From Candidatus Heimdallarchaeota archaeon B3_Heim (GTDB lineage Archaea; Asgardarchaeota; Heimdallarchaeia; Hodarchaeales; Hodarchaeaceae): DNA of 32,000 bases. A model generated the notes under the pieces. That model was given only the letters and a program-made list of their open reading frames with translations. It was not told the DNA's origin and did no database searches. The DNA is taken from NCBI GenBank assembly GCA_003144275.1, contig NJBF01000003.1, positions 90,001 through 122,000 on the forward strand, given 5' to 3'. A program made the translations under genes and the position numbers. How positions within the stretch are numbered: the stretch's first letter is position 1; each line of letters starts with the position of its first letter. Positions 17,701 through 24,550 of this stretch are shown here, in pieces.

Positions 17701-18840
17701 ATGATAACAAAACTAAGTTATATGAAAAGGCATTTATTTGCCTTGTTGGCAATACCCCTACTTTTAGGGATAACATTTGCAGCAATTCTTCCTGCAACAG
17801 GATTCACAGGAATGATAGTTGCTGAGGATGACGAAAGTGATGAACTCAGTGAAACTGAAACCTCTGAGGTCGAAGATGAGGATGATGAGGATGAGAAGAT
17901 TGAAGACTCTGACGATGATGAGGTAGACGATGAAATTGAAGAGAAAAATGAACGTGAAGTCGAAATCGAAGTTGAGGATTATTCAGTTCAGATCAAAACG
18001 CAATTGAAACTTGGTGAAAACAAAGATGAAATCAAGGTGAAATTCACGGTTGATGATAATCCAAAATTCAAATTAGAGTATGAATCGGAAGTTGGTGATA
18101 CAGAAACAGAATTAGATTTTACTATCAAATTCAAAAGTATCACAGAATATTTAGATATTGACTCAAATGGTGTGTATAACAAATCCGTAGATGAAGAATT
18201 ACAGGTCCTGAAATTTGAGGATATGGAGTTTCTTCCCATTGAATATTCAACATCAACAGTATCTAATACAACAGTTCACCTGTTCAAATCCTCATCTGTA
18301 GATGGAATGTTTACACTCCAATTTTATGTTGCTGGAGAATTTACCCCAGTTAATGGATCGCTTGTAGCTCCAACAGAGGTAAAAATCGATATAGGTATCC
18401 ATGATTTTCCTTATCTTAACGAAAGTTCCCGCTTAGCCCTTTACACGAAGCTCGAAAGTGAAGCGGAATATGAACATGATAGTGATACTGAAGATGAAAC
18501 CAAAGGTCTCTCGTCAGATGAAGAAGAAGAAGTGGAAGTTGAAATGAGCGGATTCGTAGGGTTCTTTTCATGGAGTGAACTAGTGGTTGTAGATGGACAA
18601 AATATGAGCATTATATCAAGTCCTGTGGGAACTGATGATATTGATGCCAATGAGCAGAAAATCTATCTTAACTATCCCCATGGTGCTGAGATCATCCATG
18701 ATCCAAAAGTTGGAGTTGCGGGAATATTACAAATGGATGTCATCCAGACCCCAACGAATATACCTGGATTTGAAACATTAATTGCTGCTTTTGCTTTTTT
18801 GACTGTAGCTATAGTAACTGTTTACCGTCGTCGACGGTAA
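17701..18840 (+). CDS. Acidic surface glycoprotein candidate with PGF-CTERM-like sorting signal (paralog 1)
   Basis: Signal peptide (start may be ATG 17722), long D/E tract, five N-x-S/T sequons, DIDSNGVY loop, C-terminal IPGF + TM helix + RRRR. Confidence 0.75.
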   Translation: MITKLSYMKRHLFALLAIPLLLGITFAAILPATGFTGMIVAEDDESDELSETETSEVEDEDDEDEKIEDSDDDEVDDEIEEKNEREVEIEVEDYSVQIKTQLKLGENKDEIKVKFTVDDNPKFKLEYESEVGDTETELDFTIKFKSITEYLDIDSNGVYNKSVDEELQVLKFEDMEFLPIEYSTSTVSNTTVHLFKSSSVDGMFTLQFYVAGEFTPVNGSLVAPTEVKIDIGIHDFPYLNESSRLALYTKLESEAEYEHDSDTEDETKGLSSDEEEEVEVEMSGFVGFFSWSELVVVDGQNMSIISSPVGTDDIDANEQKIYLNYPHGAEIIHDPKVGVAGILQMDVIQTPTNIPGFETLIAAFAFLTVAIVTVYRRRR

Positions 18841-18842
18841 CC

Positions 18843-18871
18843 TTTTTTTACTTTTTTTTCCTTTTTTTTTT
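18843..18871 (+). terminator. Oligo-U archaeal terminator
   Basis: T7, T8 and T10 runs immediately after stop 18840. Confidence 0.65.
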
Positions 18872-18948
18872 AACCATGTTTCCCAGGAGTATTCGAATAG
18901 TAGGATGCTAATGGCCTGAAAAACTATCAAACACGAGAGAGAAAGAAC

Positions 18949-20061
18949 ATGTTGAGACAAATCAAAGAACTAAGTGTCAAGAAATCATCACTTCTTTCCC
19001 TTTTACTGCTCTATTTATTCATCTTACTAATTTTCTCATCTATTATGGTCCCCTCAGGGGTCTCTGGTTGGATTTCTGAAGATGATAAAATCATGGATGA
19101 TGAGGATGATGATGGTTTAGATGATGAAATAGAGGATTTAAACGAACGGACTTTACAGATAGAGGTAGAAGAAGACCAGGTTGAAATTCAATCCGAACTA
19201 AAAAACGGGACAACGAATGATAAAATTAATATTATCTTTAAGTCATCTGGCGGACCTGAATTTCGCTTAGAATACCAATCAGAGTCTGATTCGGATGAAA
19301 TCGAACTTAGTTTCGATGTACAGTTTTTTTCTATAATAGAATTTATTGATACAAATGGAAATAATGTACTTGATGAAGGTGAAGAAATTCAGGAATATGA
19401 GCTTGAAACAGATTTTACCCCAATTTCTTATAATATCAGGAATGATGGATTTGGTTATGAGATTCACACTTTCAATACAACTTCTGAAGATGGAGTATTT
19501 TCTCTGCAATTTTATGTGTTCACCAATATTTCCTCATTGAATGGAGGAATAGTAGTACCAAGTGAAATAAAAATGGATCTTGCAATACGAGATTACCCAT
19601 TTCTTGAATCCACATCAAAACTAGCTCTTTATACACAACTAGAGGCCGAAAGTGAATTCGAAATTGATGATCAGACTGAGGATGAAGAGCATAATCGCAC
19701 ATCCGATGAAAAAGAGGTTGATGTGACAGTAGGTAATTTCACAGGCTTTTTTTCATGGTATGAATATGCTTTAGTGGATGGAATCAACAAAACAGTCTAC
19801 CATAGTAATGTCGAAAGCGATGAATCTGACAAGGAAAAGATATTCCTCATTTATGAGAACGGAAGTCGAATAATCCATGATCCGAAAATAGGGTTTGAGA
19901 ATATAACAAAATTAGAACTTCCCTTCATTCCACCTGAGATAATACCTAGTATCCTTTCAGTATTAGCCCTTCCTGATGATAAGTATCTCCTAGCAGTAAT
20001 CATACTAACAACAATTATGGTGCCCAGTGCATGGTTGCTTTACAGAAAGAATCAAGTGTAG
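18949..20061 (+). CDS. Acidic surface glycoprotein candidate with C-terminal TM anchor (paralog 2)
   Basis: Shares NER..IEVE, DGxFxLQFYV, LALYTxLE, TEDE, GFFSW and IIHDPK motifs with paralog 1; eight sequons; DTNGNNVLD loop; TM + RK tail without PGF. Confidence 0.75.
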   Translation: MLRQIKELSVKKSSLLSLLLLYLFILLIFSSIMVPSGVSGWISEDDKIMDDEDDDGLDDEIEDLNERTLQIEVEEDQVEIQSELKNGTTNDKINIIFKSSGGPEFRLEYQSESDSDEIELSFDVQFFSIIEFIDTNGNNVLDEGEEIQEYELETDFTPISYNIRNDGFGYEIHTFNTTSEDGVFSLQFYVFTNISSLNGGIVVPSEIKMDLAIRDYPFLESTSKLALYTQLEAESEFEIDDQTEDEEHNRTSDEKEVDVTVGNFTGFFSWYEYALVDGINKTVYHSNVESDESDKEKIFLIYENGSRIIHDPKIGFENITKLELPFIPPEIIPSILSVLALPDDKYLLAVIILTTIMVPSAWLLYRKNQV

Positions 20062-20125
20062 TAAGATAACTACACGGTATGCCTGGTTCATTCTGAGCAA
20101 ATTACAAGATTCGACGTGATTCAAA

Positions 20126-20953
20126 GTGAATTCTAACGAAGTCTCTGAAGAGGAACAAAATATCAATGAGTCAGTCATCAAAGCTTTGAATCATAAAATT
20201 AGAAGAGCCCTTTTACTAGAGTTGTATAAACATGGATGGGGTGGGTACTCCGAGCTTTCAAAATCATTAAATATTAAGGCTGGTAGTTTCTACCATCATA
20301 TGCGATTATTAGAAGAATCAGGATTGGTTAAGCAATTAAAAGATAAATTATATGAAATTACTCCTCAAGGAGCGCAAGCGTCAGAATTCATTAGGGGAAG
20401 CTTTTCTCCGCTTGAGGAGAGTCGATTTACAAAGATACTTCAGATATTTACTCCAATTTCCTCACAAATTACTTCATTTCCGAAGGCTAGCTTGCTAGTT
20501 CTGCTTCTAATTCACATTGTAGGACTGTTTTGGCTTGCTTCTGACCAAAAGACAAGTATTATTGGTTTTTTTATCGTACAGTCAAATGATCCTATCCTTG
20601 CTTTGATGAATAGCATACTTTATACTTCGCTAGGCTTGATAGGTTTGTATTCTTACTTTCAATATATGTATAGGCGAGTAGTAACCAAAATTAATCTAGC
20701 GTCACATATCTTATTTCCAGAATCTGTTTTTGTTGGTTTCTTTGCGTTACTAAGTCTTACTCCATCATTAGAGATTTATAATTCAATTCCTTTAGAAATT
20801 GTTATTATATTTACAATTGTATATCAGTTAGTCAGCATTTCTTATTATGTTCATGTTTTTCAGAAAGCTAATATACAATTACTGGGAAGTGTACTAATCG
20901 TATTGCTTCTTCTACAGTATTACCACTTGTTAATTCTTTTTTGGCTTCTATAA
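20126..20953 (+). CDS. ArsR-type wHTH fused to a multi-pass membrane domain
   Basis: KALNHKIRRALL...YSELSKSL...SFYHHMRLL...YEIT, followed by about five hydrophobic helices. GTG start. Confidence 0.8.
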   Translation: MNSNEVSEEEQNINESVIKALNHKIRRALLLELYKHGWGGYSELSKSLNIKAGSFYHHMRLLEESGLVKQLKDKLYEITPQGAQASEFIRGSFSPLEESRFTKILQIFTPISSQITSFPKASLLVLLLIHIVGLFWLASDQKTSIIGFFIVQSNDPILALMNSILYTSLGLIGLYSYFQYMYRRVVTKINLASHILFPESVFVGFFALLSLTPSLEIYNSIPLEIVIIFTIVYQLVSISYYVHVFQKANIQLLGSVLIVLLLLQYYHLLILFWLL

Positions 20954-20995
20954 TTAAGGGATAAATTTATCAATTGGAGTCTCCTCCTTTACTTG

Positions 20996-21472
20996 ATGCC
21001 TTTAGATAAAGCCAAACTGGACGCTCTATTGGAAGAGATCGCTCTTTTAGATAAAAAAATTGACTCCCGTAAACCTATTCGAAAAAAACCACGCTTAACA
21101 ACAACCCCTCATAGTTTATCCCCATTAAAACAACCGGAACTACTTGAAACTGAAAAAATGTTATATTTTCAGTTCTGTCATTATTTCAAATTAACTATGC
21201 TCTCTATTGAACATACTGAAGTTGCATTAGAAATTTGGATTAAAGGGGTTCTTCCTCATCTTCTCAAATTGTTTAATCTCGAAAATGAAGAATGGGAAAG
21301 ACTGTGCGAAATCGGAGATAAAGACACTCAGACACAAAAGGAGCTTGATGAGGATTGGGTCACTTTTTTCCGTGAGGTAGTCGAAAATGGAAGGATTGAA
21401 GAGGAGGTTCTTTCATTTATCCATGAAGGAAAAAAGAAAAAAGAATATCTTACTCGTACAAATATAAAGTAA
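20996..21472 (+). CDS. Hypothetical helical protein
   Basis: ORF of about 158 aa with an N-terminal heptad/basic segment and an acidic C-terminus. No family recognised. Confidence 0.55.
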   Translation: MPLDKAKLDALLEEIALLDKKIDSRKPIRKKPRLTTTPHSLSPLKQPELLETEKMLYFQFCHYFKLTMLSIEHTEVALEIWIKGVLPHLLKLFNLENEEWERLCEIGDKDTQTQKELDEDWVTFFREVVENGRIEEEVLSFIHEGKKKKEYLTRTNIK

Positions 21473-21498
21473 GATAGCAACTTCTACTTATATTTTAC

Positions 21499-22074
21499 TT
21501 ATCCTTTTTTCTTCTGCTGTGGAGAGGGAACCAGAATAAGGTCATATTCACGTGAACCTATTCCTTGAGAATAAGCAGCAGCTAATTGTGTTTCTGCAAT
21601 AATGGGTCGAGATACAGGATCAACAAATCGGCTATATAAACCCAATTTTTGATTTTCAGCTTCCAATGCTCGTTCATTCGGTTCAATTCGTCCACTTGGA
21701 GAATTCATTCCAGTTTCCGCAGGTGACATGGGTAGTCCCCGAGCTTTAGTGACAAGATCCACACTTGCTTGATCTATAGCAATTGGATCTTCAGAATACA
21801 AGATGCCCTGGTCTGGAACGAGAAGATGTCCACCTGCAGACATACAATCACAATGGCTTGTGATATCAATTGCGATGTTGAAATATCTTAATCTCTCCTT
21901 TCCAGTCCCTTTTACTACTCCTCCAGCATTATCCATCATTCTTTCTACTTGTTCCACACTGGGAACCCGGCGTCTTAATGCAAAAACTCGTTCTTTTTCC
22001 ATATCCTTTCCGTGATGACATTTATCAAAACACATGATCATTTTTGTCCGACAAAGCGAGATTACTCGTATTCG
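21499..22074 (-). pseudogene. 5'-truncated DUF362 (4Fe-4S) protein, C-terminal half only
   Basis: ERM...GVVK, NIAIDITSHCDC and VPDQGILYSEDPIAIDQASVDLV match the DUF362 C-terminal region. A residual C..CFDKC ferredoxin motif remains. In-frame TAG at 22077-22075, and no N-terminal DUF362 domain upstream. Confidence 0.7.
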
Positions 22075-22165
22075 CTAACCTCTCCCTCTCTCTTACATTC
22101 ATAAAAAGCCTCCCTCCATAACCTCTTCCAAGCGAGGTGATGAAAAGAAAAATTCCTAACTTCTT

Positions 22166-22380
22166 GGGTCTTATTCACTTGTAACTACGTGAGACGAGTT
22201 ACCCGTCAAAGGCAAGAGAAGAATGACCCTTTAGACGTGAGAGGTATTAGCGCTGGGGATATCAGCAGTAAGGATGCTTCAAGTAGTCCCAATGAATAGT
22301 AACCCTTTTAGTGGTGCTAATCTGCTGGATAGCGGATGTGTGACTCATCCTGTCCAGAACTCTTTTCAAGAGTTGTCTGA
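22166..22380 (+). ncRNA. Candidate structured non-coding RNA, family unassigned (partial omega-RNA/HEARO resemblance)
   Basis: At least seven abutting helices read by eye. Five G-U pairs favour the + strand. About 45% GC by hand count (97/215) in otherwise AT-rich DNA. No ORF of 60 aa or more. Confidence 0.6.
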
Positions 22381-22403
22381 CAAATCTAGTCATGAACCAA
22401 AGC

Positions 22404-22411
22404 TATAAAAA
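22404..22411 (+). promoter_or_regulatory. TATA box for the bactofilin-like gene
   Basis: TATAAAAA 34-41 bp upstream of ATG 22445, preceded by CCAAAGC. Confidence 0.45.
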
Positions 22412-22444
22412 TAGTAATGTAAGAGAATTACATAATCATTTTTC

Positions 22445-23113
22445 ATGGTGAAATTACTAATGAGATTCGGTCCAACTTCTTTTTCTAGTGATACAGAACT
22501 TACTAAACCCTTAACCTCTTTCGGCCCACTAGTTGCTAAAGGTAATCTTTATGCTTCGGAGATAAAAACTAATGGTCCTTGTTCGATAGGAGACAATTTA
22601 GAGATAGATTTATCGCTAAAGGTGAATGGTCCTCTAGTTGTAAAAGGATCCTTAACCTGTCACAAAGAGGCGGCTGCCAAAGTTAATGGCCCTGTAAACA
22701 TCAATAATGGCATCATTGGTGGAAAAATCAAAATAAACGGCCCATTGAAAGCACGGTATGTAGAAGTCAATAATTTCAAGGTGAATGGACCATTAACCGT
22801 TGAGGAAGACATTATAGCTGAAGAAAATATTATTATTGGAGTAGGACGGTCAAGCAAAGGACGTGAAGGTCAATCTGTGTCAGTAGGAGGAGTTATTGCA
22901 GCGCCAGTAATTCGGATCACCAATTATTCTTCTATGTTTTCAGCTGCTAAAATCATTAAAAAAGTAATAGGATTAAAGGATAACTTTGAAAGAGTATTAA
23001 TTCTTAAAGATCTAAAATTTAAAGCTGAAAAATTAGAGTTAGAGGGAATCGAATTAGAAAATTGTGACACAACTGAAGTTGGAGAAATTATTCAGATTCA
23101 TTCTAAAAAATAA
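22445..23113 (+). CDS. Bactofilin-like / polymer-forming cytoskeletal beta-helix protein
   Basis: Seven (F/N)GP repeats, with GP at residues 9, 27, 44, 62, 82, 99 and 115 (16-20 aa period), and alternating beta-strand hydrophobics. Confidence 0.65.
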   Translation: MVKLLMRFGPTSFSSDTELTKPLTSFGPLVAKGNLYASEIKTNGPCSIGDNLEIDLSLKVNGPLVVKGSLTCHKEAAAKVNGPVNINNGIIGGKIKINGPLKARYVEVNNFKVNGPLTVEEDIIAEENIIIGVGRSSKGREGQSVSVGGVIAAPVIRITNYSSMFSAAKIIKKVIGLKDNFERVLILKDLKFKAEKLELEGIELENCDTTEVGEIIQIHSKK

Positions 23114-23205
23114 GTTACAAGAATTGACCTTTTTCTTATTTGTTTTTCAAAGAATGTTTTTTAGTAACAATCGAAAATTCCTATATGCTTTCTTAATACA
23201 GGGAG

Positions 23206-23221
23206 GAGAAAAATTTAAATA
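23206..23221 (+). promoter_or_regulatory. BRE-TATA promoter of the BMP gene
   Basis: GAGAAAAA-TTTAAATA, with the TATA box 37-44 bp upstream of ATG 23258. Confidence 0.55.
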
Positions 23222-23257
23222 TTCACATCATCCTTTCACTTAGGCGGATGATAGTTT

Positions 23258-24421
23258 ATGTCAAACATGAAAAATAGTCGAGTTTTATTAATATGTGTAG
23301 TTCTAGTAGGTGTCGTCCTGCTATCTGGTTGTACTACAACTAGTAGTGGCAAGATTAAGGCAGGATTTATCTATGTTGGTCCTATTGGCGATTATGGGTG
23401 GACTAATGCCCATGATGAAGGTAGAACTATCGTAGAAGATAAATATGACTGGTTAGAAACAGTTTATATTGAAAGTGTTGCAGAGGACACTGCGAGTGTA
23501 GTCGCAGCGGCTGATACGCTGGTAGAAGTGGAACAATGTGATGTAATATTCACGACATCCTTTGGATTTATGGATGGTACACTAGCAGCTGCTGAAAAAT
23601 ACCCCGATGTATTATTTTTCCACTGTTCAGGATTTATGAGAGGCGCAAATGTTGGTAATTATTTTGCTGATTTTTACCAGCTTTATTACCTTAATGGGTT
23701 GATGGCTGGCGCCCTAAGTCAAAGTGGTGAACTCGGATATGTTGGCGCTTTTCCAATACCTGAAGTTATTCGTCATATCAATGCATTTACGTTAGGGGCT
23801 CGAGCTGTGAACGCAACAGCTACCGTTGACGTTCGTTGGATTTACAGCTGGTACGATCCTACATTAGCAACTAATGCCGCAGATGCACTTGTCGCTGCTG
23901 GTGTCGATATGCTTGCATTTACTGAAGATTCTCCTGCAGTGATTCAAGCAGCAGAAAAGTATGATGATGTTTATGCTTTTAGTCATTATTCACCCATGCA
24001 ATACTATGGGAATGATAGTACAATTTCTGGTCAATTAGTCCATTGGGATATCTTATATGATGAGATTTTGTCAAAAGTGAATGATGGAACATATAACAAT
24101 ACCAATTTAGCTGATGTTGACTATCTCTGGTTCCTTAAAGAAGACGCAGTAGAATTAGGTGGGCTTTTTGGTGTTCCAATAAATACCATATTTGAGGATG
24201 ATCTGAAAGCAGTTGATGTCAGTGGTGAAACAGCCTATGCACTTGTGATGCGCCGTCTGGATGAGATGGATGGACCTACTGTTACATTTGACCCTTTTAC
24301 TGGTCCGATTAAGGCCCAAAACGGTACCATAATGTTTGCTGATGGAGTACAAGCAACAATACCTGATTTGTTTGCATTTATGGACTGGTTTGTTGAAGGA
24401 GTTATTGGTTCACCTTCTTAA
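23258..24421 (+). CDS. BMP-family ABC substrate-binding lipoprotein (nucleoside/purine type)
   Basis: Lipobox LLSGC (Cys25); GFIYVGPIGDYGWTNAHDEGR, TSFGFMD, HINAFTLGA and WYDP motifs. Confidence 0.92.
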   Translation: MSNMKNSRVLLICVVLVGVVLLSGCTTTSSGKIKAGFIYVGPIGDYGWTNAHDEGRTIVEDKYDWLETVYIESVAEDTASVVAAADTLVEVEQCDVIFTTSFGFMDGTLAAAEKYPDVLFFHCSGFMRGANVGNYFADFYQLYYLNGLMAGALSQSGELGYVGAFPIPEVIRHINAFTLGARAVNATATVDVRWIYSWYDPTLATNAADALVAAGVDMLAFTEDSPAVIQAAEKYDDVYAFSHYSPMQYYGNDSTISGQLVHWDILYDEILSKVNDGTYNNTNLADVDYLWFLKEDAVELGGLFGVPINTIFEDDLKAVDVSGETAYALVMRRLDEMDGPTVTFDPFTGPIKAQNGTIMFADGVQATIPDLFAFMDWFVEGVIGSPS

Positions 24422-24429
24422 AAAGTCAA

Positions 24430-24459
24430 ATAGGGAAATTTTCCCTTCTATTTTTTTTT
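24430..24459 (+). terminator. Hairpin plus U-tract between the BMP gene and the ATPase gene
   Basis: AGGGAAA-T-TTTCCCT (24432-24446), extended by ATAG/CTAT, followed by T9. Confidence 0.5.
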
Positions 24460-24550
24460 ATTAATTCATCACAATTGGTCGGAATGTCTATATACTCTCA
24501 CATTTGATATTCTATTTCACTAATAGCGTTGGAATTGAAGAGGAACTATT

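Larger units (their letters stand above)
22089..22426. repeat. 11-bp perfect inverted repeat bracketing the structured intergenic element
   Basis: TCTCTTACATT (22089-22099) is the reverse complement of AATGTAAGAGA (22416-22426). Confidence 0.5.

Noticed and set aside
17429-17704. 91-aa TTG-start ORF upstream of the surface protein
   Set aside because: AT-rich intergenic composition, no similarity, and it overlaps the probable promoter region.
17821-17960. GAT/GAG/GAA-rich quasi-repeats
   Set aside because: Explained by the Asp/Glu tract of the encoded protein; not a discrete tandem repeat or CRISPR array.
22025-22102. Minus-strand 25-codon ORF (MNVRERERLANTSNLALSDKNDHVF) with GGAGG upstream
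   Set aside because: Too short, no recognisable similarity, and in a different frame from the DUF362 remnant; cannot be supported.
22260-22392. Group I intron: P/Q-like CTGCTGG and TCAGCAG, S-like AAATCTAGTC
   Set aside because: The P- and Q-like elements are in the wrong order on both strands, there is no R element (GAGACUA), and no interrupted host gene is evident.
22130-22400. SRP RNA, hammerhead ribozyme or known riboswitches (lysine, cobalamin, c-di-GMP, Moco)
   Set aside because: The diagnostic motifs (SRP helix 8 CAGG..GGAA..AGCAG, CUGANGA/GAAA core, riboswitch consensus blocks) are not present.
22089-22426. RNase P RNA: the size (338 nt), a P1-like terminal repeat and a CR-V-like CATGAACCAAAGCTAT are suggestive
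   Set aside because: There is no GAGGAA(A/G)(C/G)UCC-type CR-I and no 5' strand able to form P4 with CCAAAGCT. It should still be included in the Infernal scan.
23114-23257. Purine or other riboswitch upstream of the BMP nucleoside transporter
   Set aside because: No aptamer consensus is present, and the TATA position leaves only a very short leader.
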